Positions 28,544 to 38,675 are shown, counted from the first letter of the stretch. The stretch: DNA of 64,000 bases from an uncultured virus (IMG/VR IMGVR_UViG_3300037961_004118) (IMGVR_UViG_3300037961_004118); one strand, 5' to 3'. Numbers and translations are program-made. The notes: generated from the sequence alone by a model not told the origin.

Positions 28544-31500
28544 ATGTCTAAGTTTTATCCTAGAGGTATTTTTGGTCCTGTATGTGATATCCAACCCTCG
28601 GATGATTCTTTAAAAAGTCGTCCAAGGAGAGTACCAGAGGATGATGATGACGATCGCATTGAAACTATTCCGATTGACATTGATTTCCCTGATATTATTA
28701 ATGAATTTGATCCCCCACCTCCATACTTAATCGGTAGGAAGTGTAAAAGGAGAGAGTTACCAGACGGAACGATTGAATATTATGATTGTATTGATGAGTA
28801 TACAGTCGATTATCCTGGTGATCCTGATCTCATTGATAGGATTACGGATGTTACGGATTTATTCCCACTCGATCCTATTCGATTCGTACCAGAACTTACT
28901 CCTATTACATGTTCTCCTTTTGATCCCGATATCAATATTCTTCCACAATATATAACTCTCGCAAATGGAAGTCGAGGGATAAGATATTACTATCAAAATT
29001 CTGATCCTCCAACATTTCCTGTTGAAGCAGATGCACGATTTACATTTGCTGAATCAACTAATCAATTTAGTTTTGTTGCTGGTGGTGGTAGTGGTGGAAC
29101 TTTCCCAATTACAGTAGCGGCACAAGGAACAAATGGCAGAGGGACTAATGCTGCCCTTAAATCTGTTTCAAGTAATGTAATTAAATGGACAGATTCGACC
29201 AGTCAAATGGATACTGATGCAGAATTGAAAATTATATCAACTGATTCTGGTACGACTGCCAGTTTTAGTGGAAGTAATGAAAGCAACCTTGTATTAAATG
29301 TTACTGGTAGTGGCGCTGTTACTTTAGAATTCGAGTGGGATGATGACGAAAACGTCAATGGACAAGCGGTTGGTGCATTAACTATTGATGGTCAGACATA
29401 TAACCAGACGGGTGATGAAGGAGACGTAACGATAGTTCTTAATTCTAGTGTATCGTTAGTTGTCGGTGGTACTGGTACATCTAACATCAATATCACACTT
29501 GACTGGGACGATAATCCAAACACATATGGTCAAGCACTTGGTTCTATTAGTATTGGTGGTGCTACCTGGACACAAACTAGTGGAGTTGAGGAAGGAAGTG
29601 TCACAAGAACTTTAAGTCTTGGTCCTGGTACTTACCCCGCAACGATTACACCTGGAAGTGGATATGGTGGATTTGTCATACAAAATAATGCTACAGAACT
29701 CTGCTTCCGAGATCTTGATAACACTGATTGTAATGCAACACTTTCATTTGGACAGATTGGTTCTACAACAACAGCAGTAAATGCAAGTGCATGGTCTGAT
29801 GAAGGTAATGCGTATGCAGTATGGGTGAACCCAGAAGTTTGTACCTTACCTTTACAAACTCAGACAATTACATACTACATTGAGATTCCTACTACAGCAG
29901 AATATGCATTCCGAATGGGATCTGATGATAGGATGACCATCACTTTGAATGATAATGATGTAATCTTGAATAATCAGGCAGGAGGAATTTTTAGAACAGG
30001 AAGTCTCAACACTCCATATACAACAACCAGAAATCTTACTGGTGGCACTACGTTGAAACTAGTGGTGAATGTATATAACTCTGCTGCTAGTCCCAACAAC
30101 ATTGATGCTGAAGGTAATCCCTTTGGTAAAGCATTTCTGTGGACTGATAACCCTGGTGGTTACTTTATCAAGATCTGTAGAGGTAACAAGTGTTTCCAAT
30201 CGGCAAATGTTTCATGGGTTCCCTCTGGTCCTCACGTCAATTGGAATCAAATAATGCATGACTATGCTGTTTACCCATCATCCAGTGAAGTTTTAACAGG
30301 AACTGTACATTCTGCAAGCTGGAATGTTAACGTGCCTTTTACTGGTAATTATCTGTTGGAGTATGCAGTAGACAATATTGGAACTCTTTCTTTGAATGGT
30401 TCGAGCATTGCATCGTTTACTGGATTTTCAACTACACAATCACAGACAGTTACACTTGCAGAGGGTAGTCATGTCATAGGGGGCACATGTGAGAACGTGG
30501 ACAATGGTCGCCCTTGGGCAGACAATCCTGCTGGACTGGCATGGAAACTAACTTATCCTGGGTCAAATTCAACCCTGACTGCTAAGTTTAAATCGAATGG
30601 TTCTATCCAAGTCGATGGAACTGGTTCTGGTCAGTTGGCATTGAACTTTGCTTGGAATGAAAACAATCAGTCTCAAACTGTAAACTCAGATATCAATGCT
30701 CAGTTTAATAATGGTACAGGATTAGTTGTTGGTGGCTCGGGCACTGGTACAGTTACCCTAAGATTTGAATGGGATGATAATCCAAACACATATGGTCAGG
30801 CACTTGGTACTTGGTCTATTGGTGGTGTTGGATTTGTACAGACAGATAATGAAGAGGGAAGTGTTGAAAAAACTTTGACTAATGCACAAGTTGGAACTTA
30901 CACAACAGTCATTGTTGGTAATACTGGTGGGTATAGTCGTTCAAGTAACAACAAAGAACTACGCTTCCGAGATGGCGGTGGATCAGATACCAATGCAACG
31001 TTGAAAATTGAAAGTGGTGATGCATATTTTAATTCCAGTGGTAACTTAGTTGTTAGCACTGCTGGTAATATCAGATTTAGATTCTTCTGGGATGACAATC
31101 CTAATACAAGTGGCAAAGCAGTTGACCATGTTGTTGTCGGTGTGGATGGTAATAACTTCTTCACTCAATCTCTGGGTATTGAAGAAGGATCTTCAGAACT
31201 TACTTTGAATGTAGAAGCAGGTAAAACTTATGCGGCAACCTTGACACATCAGACAGGAGGGTATAGAATCGAAGGTAATGCAACTAGAGTTTGTTTCAAG
31301 GATAAAGATGGTAGCGATTGTAATGCTACCCTCAGAATCAAAAACATTACAAACGACTCTACAACAACTGCATTAAATGCTGATACTGCCTTAGGCACAT
31401 ACTCTGTTGGTAATCTAACCTTCACACAAACTTCTGCAGAATCTGGATCCGCATCAGGATCAATTAATGTAGAAGGTGGTAGGACATATCCTGCAGTGGT

Positions 31501-31723
31501 CTTAAGAAATCCAAATGGATTTGTAAGACAAAGTAATAATCAGCAACTAGGTTTCAAAGACTCTGGTGGAGTCAAAGCAACTGTTACTATGGGTTCTATT
31601 ACTTCTCAAGATATCATAGTTGCAACATCTCGCGATACCAATACAGGTGGAGATGGAAACCTATTCTGGCACACTAGAATTGGTGCTGGATACAGAATTT
31701 CAACAGTACCATACGACGAATAA
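28544..31723 (+). CDS. Large repeat-containing virion/adhesin-like protein with PA14-like region
   Basis: Repeated (F/L)xWDDNPNTxGxA modules; YAFRMGSDD and YAVDN PA14-like motifs. Confidence 0.6.
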   Translation: MSKFYPRGIFGPVCDIQPSDDSLKSRPRRVPEDDDDDRIETIPIDIDFPDIINEFDPPPPYLIGRKCKRRELPDGTIEYYDCIDEYTVDYPGDPDLIDRITDVTDLFPLDPIRFVPELTPITCSPFDPDINILPQYITLANGSRGIRYYYQNSDPPTFPVEADARFTFAESTNQFSFVAGGGSGGTFPITVAAQGTNGRGTNAALKSVSSNVIKWTDSTSQMDTDAELKIISTDSGTTASFSGSNESNLVLNVTGSGAVTLEFEWDDDENVNGQAVGALTIDGQTYNQTGDEGDVTIVLNSSVSLVVGGTGTSNINITLDWDDNPNTYGQALGSISIGGATWTQTSGVEEGSVTRTLSLGPGTYPATITPGSGYGGFVIQNNATELCFRDLDNTDCNATLSFGQIGSTTTAVNASAWSDEGNAYAVWVNPEVCTLPLQTQTITYYIEIPTTAEYAFRMGSDDRMTITLNDNDVILNNQAGGIFRTGSLNTPYTTTRNLTGGTTLKLVVNVYNSAASPNNIDAEGNPFGKAFLWTDNPGGYFIKICRGNKCFQSANVSWVPSGPHVNWNQIMHDYAVYPSSSEVLTGTVHSASWNVNVPFTGNYLLEYAVDNIGTLSLNGSSIASFTGFSTTQSQTVTLAEGSHVIGGTCENVDNGRPWADNPAGLAWKLTYPGSNSTLTAKFKSNGSIQVDGTGSGQLALNFAWNENNQSQTVNSDINAQFNNGTGLVVGGSGTGTVTLRFEWDDNPNTYGQALGTWSIGGVGFVQTDNEEGSVEKTLTNAQVGTYTTVIVGNTGGYSRSSNNKELRFRDGGGSDTNATLKIESGDAYFNSSGNLVVSTAGNIRFRFFWDDNPNTSGKAVDHVVVGVDGNNFFTQSLGIEEGSSELTLNVEAGKTYAATLTHQTGGYRIEGNATRVCFKDKDGSDCNATLRIKNITNDSTTTALNADTALGTYSVGNLTFTQTSAESGSASGSINVEGGRTYPAVVLRNPNGFVRQSNNQQLGFKDSGGVKATVTMGSITSQDIIVATSRDTNTGGDGNLFWHTRIGAGYRISTVPYDE

Positions 31724-31724
31724 A

Positions 31725-31952
31725 ATGGATCTACCAAAAATTAAAAATGAGGATCTACCAGAAGAACTTAAAAAGATTCTTGGTGATGCCGATGCAGAGT
31801 TTGATGCAATTGTAGATCCTACAGACATTGTTAATCTCAACGTTGATGCTGAACAACTTGAAAACGAACGTTTAGAAGTTGCAAAAAAACTAATTCAGTC
31901 TAGAGAAAAACTAAACGAAATTAGACGCCAGGAAAGAAATGGGAATGTATGA
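31725..31952 (+). CDS. Hypothetical protein
   Basis: MDLPKIKNEDLPEEL. Confidence 0.6.
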   Translation: MDLPKIKNEDLPEELKKILGDADAEFDAIVDPTDIVNLNVDAEQLENERLEVAKKLIQSREKLNEIRRQERNGNV

Positions 31953-32124
31953 AGAACTGAATTGTTTTGAAGAAGCACTAAAGCACTTCGGAACAAGAGT
32001 TGAAATCATCTGTGCTATGGAACTTGGTGGTAGACTTAAATCTGAGGATGCCTATCAAATGATCAAGGACGAGATGAAAGAACTAAAAAAGTGTAGGAAA
32101 CTCTACAAAAATCAAGACTGCTAA
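31939..32124 (+). CDS. Conserved hypothetical protein
   Basis: FGTRVEIICAMELGG..EDAYQMIK. Confidence 0.7.
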   Translation: MGMYEELNCFEEALKHFGTRVEIICAMELGGRLKSEDAYQMIKDEMKELKKCRKLYKNQDC

Positions 32125-32142
32125 CTTGTATAAATACTCACC

Positions 32143-32198
32143 TGTAACTTCTGTTACAAACTGAAACACTTGCCAAACTCAGGCAAGTATGCTATACT
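32143..32198 (+). promoter_or_regulatory. NtcA-like box plus sigma70 promoter
   Basis: TGTA-ACTTCTGT-TACA; TTGCCA-17-TATACT. Confidence 0.55.
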
Positions 32199-32277
32199 AC
32201 TCTTCAACGCAGACAAGTCGAGTCTGCTTTCATCTGCGGGTAATCACTCCGCAAGTAAACAAAACGAGGTATTTCAA

Positions 32278-32649
32278 ATGATCAAATCTGTATTCGCAGC
32301 AACCGCTGCTCTCTCCATGTCCGCTGGCGCTGCTTTTGCAGGTCCCTACGTTAACGTAGAAACCAATGCAGGATGGTCGGGTTCGGACTACACTGGGGCA
32401 GCAACGGATTTCCACGTAGGCTACGAGGGTGCTCTGGGCGAATCTGCTTCCTACTATGTTCAGGGCGGTGCTACCCTGGTCACTCCTGACGGCGGCACTG
32501 ACGAGACTGTTCCTTCTGGCAAGGCAGGTATCGGTCTTGCTCTGAGCGACTCCCTGGGTGCTTATGGTGAGGTCTCCTTCGTCGGTTCTGGCGACAAGGA
32601 CATCGATCGTGGCTATGGTGCTAAACTGGGTCTGAAGTATAGCTTCTGA
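32278..32649 (+). CDS. Small outer-membrane beta-barrel-like protein
   Basis: GAGGT RBS; signal peptide ending AFA; alternating beta pattern; terminal KYSF. Confidence 0.75.
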   Translation: MIKSVFAATAALSMSAGAAFAGPYVNVETNAGWSGSDYTGAATDFHVGYEGALGESASYYVQGGATLVTPDGGTDETVPSGKAGIGLALSDSLGAYGEVSFVGSGDKDIDRGYGAKLGLKYSF

Positions 32650-32701
32650 TATATAGTGTGAGACCTTTCGTGCGGTCTCTACAAAATCGGAACTACCATC
32701 G

Positions 32702-32728
32702 AGGGACTCTAATGAGTCCCTTTTTTCT
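32702..32728 (+). terminator. Rho-independent terminator
   Basis: AGGGACTC-TAAT-GAGTCCCT + T run. Confidence 0.8.
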
Positions 32729-32740
32729 TCGGAGAAAATT

Positions 32741-32977
32741 ATGAATTTTACAATTTACACCAGACCTGGTTGTCCCTATTGCACAAAGATTAAACAAGTT
32801 CTTGGTGCTAAGGGTTTCCAATATAAAGAAGCAGTTCTTGGAAAAGATTTTAATCGCGATCAATTCTACGCTGAGTTTGGACAGGGCTCGACATTTCCCC
32901 AAGTTCTGTTAGACTCAAAGAGACTTGGTGGTTGCACTGAGTCCGTTAAATATCTGCGAGAGAACAAACTAATTTGA
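32741..32977 (+). CDS. nrdC: Glutaredoxin
   Basis: CPYC; TFPQV; GGC. Confidence 0.93.
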   Translation: MNFTIYTRPGCPYCTKIKQVLGAKGFQYKEAVLGKDFNRDQFYAEFGQGSTFPQVLLDSKRLGGCTESVKYLRENKLI

Positions 32978-33312
32978 TGGAAGAATTTTGCGAACTGATC
33001 GAAAGATCAATCGACGTTGCTTTTGAACAAGACAAATATTTGTTTCGTTGTTACACCTATCTGAAGACTAGCAAAACAACTAGAAAAGACGTTCGTAAAT
33101 TTATAGATTCTGCCACTGCGACCAACATTAATTCTTTAATTGCTGATCTTGAAAAGTATATCAAAGGAGGCGACAAAGTAGTTCGTGAAGCATATGGGCA
33201 TCTTGGAAAACCTAGGGCGAGAAAGATACTTAAGTACCTACATGCCATCATAAATGATGCAGTCCAGTACGAAAAAGATCGTCGCCCAGGTCGAAAAAAG
33301 AAAGCTAAATAA
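32974..33312 (+). CDS. Conserved hypothetical protein
   Basis: REAYGHLGKPRARKI. Confidence 0.7.
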   Translation: MMEEFCELIERSIDVAFEQDKYLFRCYTYLKTSKTTRKDVRKFIDSATATNINSLIADLEKYIKGGDKVVREAYGHLGKPRARKILKYLHAIINDAVQYEKDRRPGRKKKAK

Positions 33313-33377
33313 TCACGAGTTCAAAACTTAGGAGGTTGGTTTCCAATATTATTGTAAATCTTTTAACGGGGGAAACC

Positions 33378-33611
33378 ATGTTAGTAGCACTAGTAGTCTT
33401 AGTCGTAATCGGAGCTTTTATCTTAGGAATTTCCGTTTCTTGGTTAGCAAAAGGATACGTTGAAGACTTTATTGAAAACGCTGCATATGCCAAATCAGTA
33501 ACACATCCTGAAATGTTTGACGCTGATGGTAATATGATACAGGATGAACTTATTTTTCTCAGACCAGAAAACCCATACTGGAATTTTGAATCTGAGGAAG
33601 AAGAAGAATGA
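33378..33611 (+). CDS. Small membrane protein
   Basis: N-terminal TM; HPEMFDADGN. Confidence 0.7.
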   Translation: MLVALVVLVVIGAFILGISVSWLAKGYVEDFIENAAYAKSVTHPEMFDADGNMIQDELIFLRPENPYWNFESEEEEE

Positions 33612-33626
33612 CTTAAGGAGTTAATT

Positions 33627-34091
33627 ATGCCTACACGATCTATGGAAAATAGCAACCCTAGGTTGCTTATTAGTGAGATTTTGAGAAAGGTCTCCAATGC
33701 AAAGACTAAAGCAGAGAAAATTTCTTTGCTTCGTAAACACAACAGCAATGCACTTCGTCAGTTGATGATTATCAATTTTGATGATAGTGTTATCTGTGAA
33801 TTGCCTGAGGGAGATGTACCATATACTCCCAACGATGCACCAGTAGGTACAGACCATACTCGTCTTGAGTCTGAGTACAAGGGTCTGTATCGTTTCTTCA
33901 AGGGTGGCGCTAAACTGCCAGGACTGAAGAGAGAATCAATGTTTGTTCAACTTCTTGAAGGGTTGTCAGCAGAAGAAGCAGAACTGCTGGTCCTAGTCAA
34001 AGATGGTAGGATGAACGACAAGTATAAGCGTATTACTAAAGCGGTTGTATCTGAAGCATTCCCCAGTATTGAATGGGGAGGTCGTTCCTGA
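33627..34091 (+). CDS. Conserved T4-like hypothetical protein
   Basis: LPEGDVPY...KRESMFVQLLEGL; AAGGAG RBS. Confidence 0.8.
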   Translation: MPTRSMENSNPRLLISEILRKVSNAKTKAEKISLLRKHNSNALRQLMIINFDDSVICELPEGDVPYTPNDAPVGTDHTRLESEYKGLYRFFKGGAKLPGLKRESMFVQLLEGLSAEEAELLVLVKDGRMNDKYKRITKAVVSEAFPSIEWGGRS

Positions 34092-34092
34092 T

Positions 34093-34359
34093 ATGGGGAA
34101 AGGTATTAAAATGATTAAGCAAGATTGTGATCCCTCTCTTGCTGAAGATCGGTCATTGCCTTATACTGCATACATGGTAGAATATCTACAAGATGGTATT
34201 ACCAAGTTTGATGTTGTATCTGCTGCAAAGCAGGTTGATATCTTTGACCACTATTGGGACCTTTACAGAAACGACTTTCGGAACATGACACAAACCGAAG
34301 GCAGAATTAATCCTAAATTATGGGTAGATCCGAACGCACCGAAAAAGAAAACAAAATGA
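34093..34359 (+). CDS. Hypothetical protein
   Basis: LPYTAYMVEY...IFDHYWD. Confidence 0.7.
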   Translation: MGKGIKMIKQDCDPSLAEDRSLPYTAYMVEYLQDGITKFDVVSAAKQVDIFDHYWDLYRNDFRNMTQTEGRINPKLWVDPNAPKKKTK

Positions 34360-34595
34360 CAATCTACTTCGACAAACGTGCTGATGAAGAACGTACTGCC
34401 GAAGAGGAAGAACAAAAGAAAAAAGAGGACGCATACAAAGCTGCAGCAGGATGTGTTGCTATCTTTGCCAAACCTCTACTCCTTATGCTATTATGGAACT
34501 GGTTAATGCCAGGTCTATTTGGTCTTGCTACTATAAATTATCTCAAAGCGTTTGCTCTTTGGATGATTGCTCGCCTTATTTTTGATAAAGAATGA
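34356..34595 (+). CDS. Small membrane protein
   Basis: LWNWLMPGLFGLATINY. Confidence 0.7.
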   Translation: MTIYFDKRADEERTAEEEEQKKKEDAYKAAAGCVAIFAKPLLLMLLWNWLMPGLFGLATINYLKAFALWMIARLIFDKE

Positions 34596-35302
34596 CAAAA
34601 GTATGTTTGATCTCTGTTACTCCTGATGCAGAGAAAACAATTGGTTATATTGCTCGTGTAAGCAATCCTGCAAATCAGGAGAACCCTAAGGTTTCAGGAC
34701 TGCTGAAGTATTGTATCAAGCATGGACACTGGTCTGTATTTGAACAAGCATCTATGACTCTAGAGATCCATACTACGAGAGCGATTTCACCTCAAATTTT
34801 GAGGCACCGTTCATTTACATTTCAAGAGTTTTCCCAACGCTATGCTGATTCCTCCCTACTCTCGGAAACGATCCCTCTCCCAGAACTCCGTAGGCAGGAT
34901 GACAAGAATCGACAGAATAGTATTGATGACATTGACCCATTTACTAAGCAGAAATTTGAGATCTTGATGCAGCATCACTTCAAAGCAGGTATGGAACTAT
35001 ACCAGCAGATGCTTGATGCGGGAATCGCAAAGGAGTGTTCAAGAAATGTACTCCCCCTCGCTGTACCAACAAAAATGTACATGTCGGGAAATCTAAGAAA
35101 TTGGATTCATTATATCCAATTGCGTTCTGCCAACGGCACCCAGAAGGAGCACCAAGAGATTGCACTGCTTGCCAAACAGCATTTCATCTGTCAGTTCCCA
35201 ACCATCTCACAGGCGCTTGAGTGGTGCCCTGAGGGTGACTGCGGATGTGCTGAACATCTGGATGATTGCAACTGCCTACAACCAGCATTGAGGATTGACT
35301 AA
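34592..35302 (+). CDS. thyX: FAD-dependent thymidylate synthase
   Basis: GHWSVFE; QILRHRSFTFQEFSQRY. Confidence 0.97.
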   Translation: MTKVCLISVTPDAEKTIGYIARVSNPANQENPKVSGLLKYCIKHGHWSVFEQASMTLEIHTTRAISPQILRHRSFTFQEFSQRYADSSLLSETIPLPELRRQDDKNRQNSIDDIDPFTKQKFEILMQHHFKAGMELYQQMLDAGIAKECSRNVLPLAVPTKMYMSGNLRNWIHYIQLRSANGTQKEHQEIALLAKQHFICQFPTISQALEWCPEGDCGCAEHLDDCNCLQPALRID

Positions 35303-35751
35303 TGGAATTACTTGACGATTATCTCTCCAAACCTTTGTTTGAAGAATTCAAACTAGCACTAACCAGTTCTACTTGCCAGTGGTATTGGGATGAAGAGTCT
35401 GGAGTTTACACTCATAAAATATATGAAAACGATTCACCGATGAGTGACTTGTATCAAATGTTTGATCAAGTCTTCAGGCGTCGTTTGAATGCTAAGACAT
35501 GGGTTAGTATTAAAATCCATGCATATGGTCCTGGTCAAATTATTCCACCAGAACCAGTGGGAGGTAAGTATCTTACTTTCTTCTACTTTGACACTAATGA
35601 TGGTATCACTAGTGTTAGCACTGAAGATGGGCATGAAAGTATTGAGGTAAAATCAAATCGAGTTGCTGAAGTTGAAACCGATGAGTATACTCATACTACA
35701 TATGATAAGGGTCCTTCCCGATCTCTTCTTCTCACCCTAAGCTATTTCTAA
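35302..35751 (+). CDS. Divergent 2OG-Fe(II) oxygenase-like protein
   Basis: DDYL..WYW..FYFDTNDG.T..NR..H pattern shared with 60559-61119; no clear HxD. Confidence 0.5.
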   Translation: MELLDDYLSKPLFEEFKLALTSSTCQWYWDEESGVYTHKIYENDSPMSDLYQMFDQVFRRRLNAKTWVSIKIHAYGPGQIIPPEPVGGKYLTFFYFDTNDGITSVSTEDGHESIEVKSNRVAEVETDEYTHTTYDKGPSRSLLLTLSYF

Positions 35752-35754
35752 AAG

Positions 35755-35985
35755 ATGCCAACATACCCTGTAATAAATAAGACCACTGGGGAGACAAAAG
35801 ATCTCCGCATGACCGTTGCTGAATATGAGCAATGGAAAACTGACAACCCTGACTGGGATAAAGACTGGAGTCAAGGTATCGCAGGTACAACCTACGGCAC
35901 CCCCAAACAATCTGATGGATTTAAGGAAGTAATGTCCAAGGTCCAGAAAGCACATCCCCGAGCAAACTTATCCCGTTTTACTTGA
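35755..35985 (+). CDS. Conserved small protein preceding phoH
   Basis: MPTYPVINKTTGE...GFKEVMSKV. Confidence 0.75.
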   Translation: MPTYPVINKTTGETKDLRMTVAEYEQWKTDNPDWDKDWSQGIAGTTYGTPKQSDGFKEVMSKVQKAHPRANLSRFT

Positions 35986-35986
35986 T

Positions 35987-36745
35987 ATGCCAAGAGCACG
36001 CAAAAGGAATACCACTAGTAATCCTGTTTCTAATATGACTGCAAAACAGATTAGAAGAAAGAAACCGATTGATAAATCCTACATGGTTCCTATCAATCCA
36101 CTTACTCCTAACCAAGAGACAGTCTTCCAGCAATATGCTGAGGGACAGAATCTTCTTCTCCATGGTGCTGCTGGTACTGGTAAGACATTTATTACATTGT
36201 ATCTTGCGTTACAAGAGGTACTTGACGAATCTACACCTTATGATAAGATATACATTGTAAGGTCTCTTGTTCCGACTCGTGAGATTGGTTTCCTTCCTGG
36301 AGATCATGAGGACAAGTCTGCACTTTATCAGATTCCTTACAAGAACATGGTTCGATACATGTTCAGTATGCCTGATGACAATTCATTCGAGATGTTGTAT
36401 GACAACCTCAGAGCGCAGGAAACTATTAGTTTCTGGTCTACAAGTTTTATTCGCGGTGTTACTCTTGATAATGCCATTGTTATTGTAGACGAGTTCTCTA
36501 ATCTCAACTTCCACGAACTCGATTCGATGATCACTCGTATCGGGGAAGACTCCAAGATTATGTTGTGTGGTGATATCACTCAATCAGACTTGGTAAAAGA
36601 AAATGAGAAAACTGGTGTCTCGGATTTCATTCGTATTCTTCAAGCGATGCGCGAGTTTACTTGCGTTGAGTTTGGTATTGATGATATTGTTCGCTCTGGA
36701 CTGGTCAAGTCTTATCTTCTTACTAAGTATAATTTAGGTTTCTAA
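35987..36745 (+). CDS. phoH: PhoH-like ATPase
   Basis: GAAGTGKT; IGFLPG; RGVTL; IVRSGLV. Confidence 0.96.
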   Translation: MPRARKRNTTSNPVSNMTAKQIRRKKPIDKSYMVPINPLTPNQETVFQQYAEGQNLLLHGAAGTGKTFITLYLALQEVLDESTPYDKIYIVRSLVPTREIGFLPGDHEDKSALYQIPYKNMVRYMFSMPDDNSFEMLYDNLRAQETISFWSTSFIRGVTLDNAIVIVDEFSNLNFHELDSMITRIGEDSKIMLCGDITQSDLVKENEKTGVSDFIRILQAMREFTCVEFGIDDIVRSGLVKSYLLTKYNLGF

Positions 36746-37428
36746 TGTTTAATTTTGTCGATGTCAACCTTGACAATCATGTTGAGGTTGAACCCGTGAG
36801 TCGCGATGGTACTAGATTTTATCCTATCCCTGGAGCAGATAAATACTATCCAAGTGTAACCTCAATCACATCGTTTAAGAACGCTCAATTCTTCGCTGCA
36901 TGGCGAAGCCGTATTGGTGAAAACGAGGCGAATCGAATTACTGCTAGAGCAACACAACGGGGCACTGCCTTTCACGCACTCGCAGAAGACTATTTCAAAG
37001 GAGCAGTGGACATCGACAGGTACTTGGAAAATAATCCATTGTCTGTTAGAATGTTTCAGTCAGCAAAGTCTACGCTGAATCGTATTAATAACATTCATTG
37101 CTTAGAGACTTTCCTTTACTCACATTTTCTAGGTTTAGCAGGTCGGGTAGACTGCATTGCTGAATTCGATGGTGAGTTGGCAGTAATCGATTTCAAAACT
37201 TCAACGAAAGAAAAAAAGGAATCATACATCGAGCACTATTTTGTGCAAGAGACTGCATACGCAGCGATGTTCCTGGAACGTTCAGGTTTAGAGGTAAAGA
37301 AAATTGTCACACTTATCGCCACCGAAGAAGGAACTATTCAAGTGTTTCAGAAGTACAATCTTGATGACTATTTACAATTACTTAAGTCCTATATTGAAGA
37401 GTTCGTCTCCTATCATCATGACAGATAA
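36745..37428 (+). CDS. PD-(D/E)xK exonuclease
   Basis: YPSVTSI; RGTAFH; AGRVDC; IDFKTS; QETAY. Confidence 0.9.
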   Translation: MFNFVDVNLDNHVEVEPVSRDGTRFYPIPGADKYYPSVTSITSFKNAQFFAAWRSRIGENEANRITARATQRGTAFHALAEDYFKGAVDIDRYLENNPLSVRMFQSAKSTLNRINNIHCLETFLYSHFLGLAGRVDCIAEFDGELAVIDFKTSTKEKKESYIEHYFVQETAYAAMFLERSGLEVKKIVTLIATEEGTIQVFQKYNLDDYLQLLKSYIEEFVSYHHDR

Positions 37429-37687
37429 AAAAACAAAGGGCGACGACAAAGTAGAGGAGAAGTTTCTCACACCAATCAAGTTCTCTCAGGAGATTGAACG
37501 ATTGGTAAAGAGAAGCAATGGTTTGATTTCATACATTGAAGCAGTCGTAACATACTGCCAAGAGAATGAGATTGAACTAGAGACAGTTCCAAAACTTATT
37601 TCAAAACCGCTAAAAGAACGCTTGCGTCATGAAGCAGAGCGTCTAAACTACATGAAGAAAAGATCTAAAGGAGTTCTACCATTGTGA
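37418..37687 (+). CDS. gp33: Late transcription coactivator gp33
   Basis: FSQEIE...YIEAVV.YC..NEIE..KLISKPLKE. Confidence 0.88.
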   Translation: MTDKKTKGDDKVEEKFLTPIKFSQEIERLVKRSNGLISYIEAVVTYCQENEIELETVPKLISKPLKERLRHEAERLNYMKKRSKGVLPL

Positions 37688-38283
37688 CTGGATTTGAAGT
37701 GTACAAAATGTACCTTGCATTAAGACAGCACTTCACTAAAGACTCCTACGATTACGTCAAATACAGAGGCAAAGTATCTGCCTCTGAAAAATCATTTGAA
37801 GAACGGCGTGATCGATATTTCTTTAAAAAACTAGCGACGAAGTATGACGGGCAGAAAATGCTTGATTACTTTGTCGCTAATTTTATTGCTGATCCTAGGG
37901 GATACATCAAAACATTCTCGGACGGGAATTACGAATCCTGGAGAATCAATCAAGAGTCTTTCTCTTATAAATTTAGACAGGACGTTAATTTACTCCTTAA
38001 CGATTACGAATCACCTTATCAGGATAAATTCGACAAAATATTTGAAGTGCAATCTCGCCAACACCCTGCACTTCTAAGACATTATTTTTCTGGAGAGATT
38101 AAGTTAGAAACCCTAGTGGTATTTGAAATTTGTTTAGGTTTTGTTAGTAGATTTGATAACGTTTTGAACGATCCTATTTGGAAAGAAACTAGAAACCTAA
38201 TTTTAAAATACAAACCTTTTCTAAAAGTTGATTGTACAAAATACAAGGCAGAAATTCTGACAGTAATAAGGACAAAACTATGA
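37684..38283 (+). CDS. gp59: Helicase loader gp59
   Basis: YKMYLALRQHFT..YDYVKYRGK; RRDRYFFKKLA. Confidence 0.92.
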   Translation: MTGFEVYKMYLALRQHFTKDSYDYVKYRGKVSASEKSFEERRDRYFFKKLATKYDGQKMLDYFVANFIADPRGYIKTFSDGNYESWRINQESFSYKFRQDVNLLLNDYESPYQDKFDKIFEVQSRQHPALLRHYFSGEIKLETLVVFEICLGFVSRFDNVLNDPIWKETRNLILKYKPFLKVDCTKYKAEILTVIRTKL

Positions 38284-38615
38284 GCAAATTTTTTAAGTCT
38301 GAGCAAGTTCAGGCAAACTTACAAGACATCTTTGAAACCTATCAAGAGATTGCATCTATGACATCTCAGTTAGGTCGGATGAATAAAGAAGAAAAGTTGG
38401 ATCACATCGAAGATTGTAAGGTGCTGATCGACAAACAGAAAACTTTTTATGGTAGACTATGCCTTGCTGCAGCAGAGGACACTGATGCAGCAGACATGAA
38501 GACAAGGATCAATGCTTTGTCTCAAGCGTTTGGGTATCATGACCTTGCTGAGTGCATGGATGCTATGGTGGAGACACTTGAATTAGCGGCACAACGCGAG
38601 GTTGACGGCGACTAA
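38280..38615 (+). CDS. DUF1825-like protein
   Basis: FFKSEQVQ...KQKTFYGRLCL. Confidence 0.65.
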   Translation: MSKFFKSEQVQANLQDIFETYQEIASMTSQLGRMNKEEKLDHIEDCKVLIDKQKTFYGRLCLAAAEDTDAADMKTRINALSQAFGYHDLAECMDAMVETLELAAQREVDGD

Positions 38616-38630
38616 ATAGTATGCTACGAT
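38602..38630 (+). promoter_or_regulatory. gp32 promoter (sigma70 plus nested late CTAAATA)
   Basis: TTGACG-17-TACGAT. Confidence 0.65.
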
Positions 38631-38675
38631 AACCCAGTAGCAAACAAAACACACTACAAATACGGAGAATACGAA

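Noticed and set aside
32170..32277. Upstream TTG start for the OMP gene
   Set aside because: It coincides with the -35 box and structured leader; the signal peptide begins at 32278
36745..37428. Cas4-like nuclease suggesting CRISPR
   Set aside because: Ordinary T4-like cyanophage exonuclease; no repeat-spacer array or cas genes seen in the window
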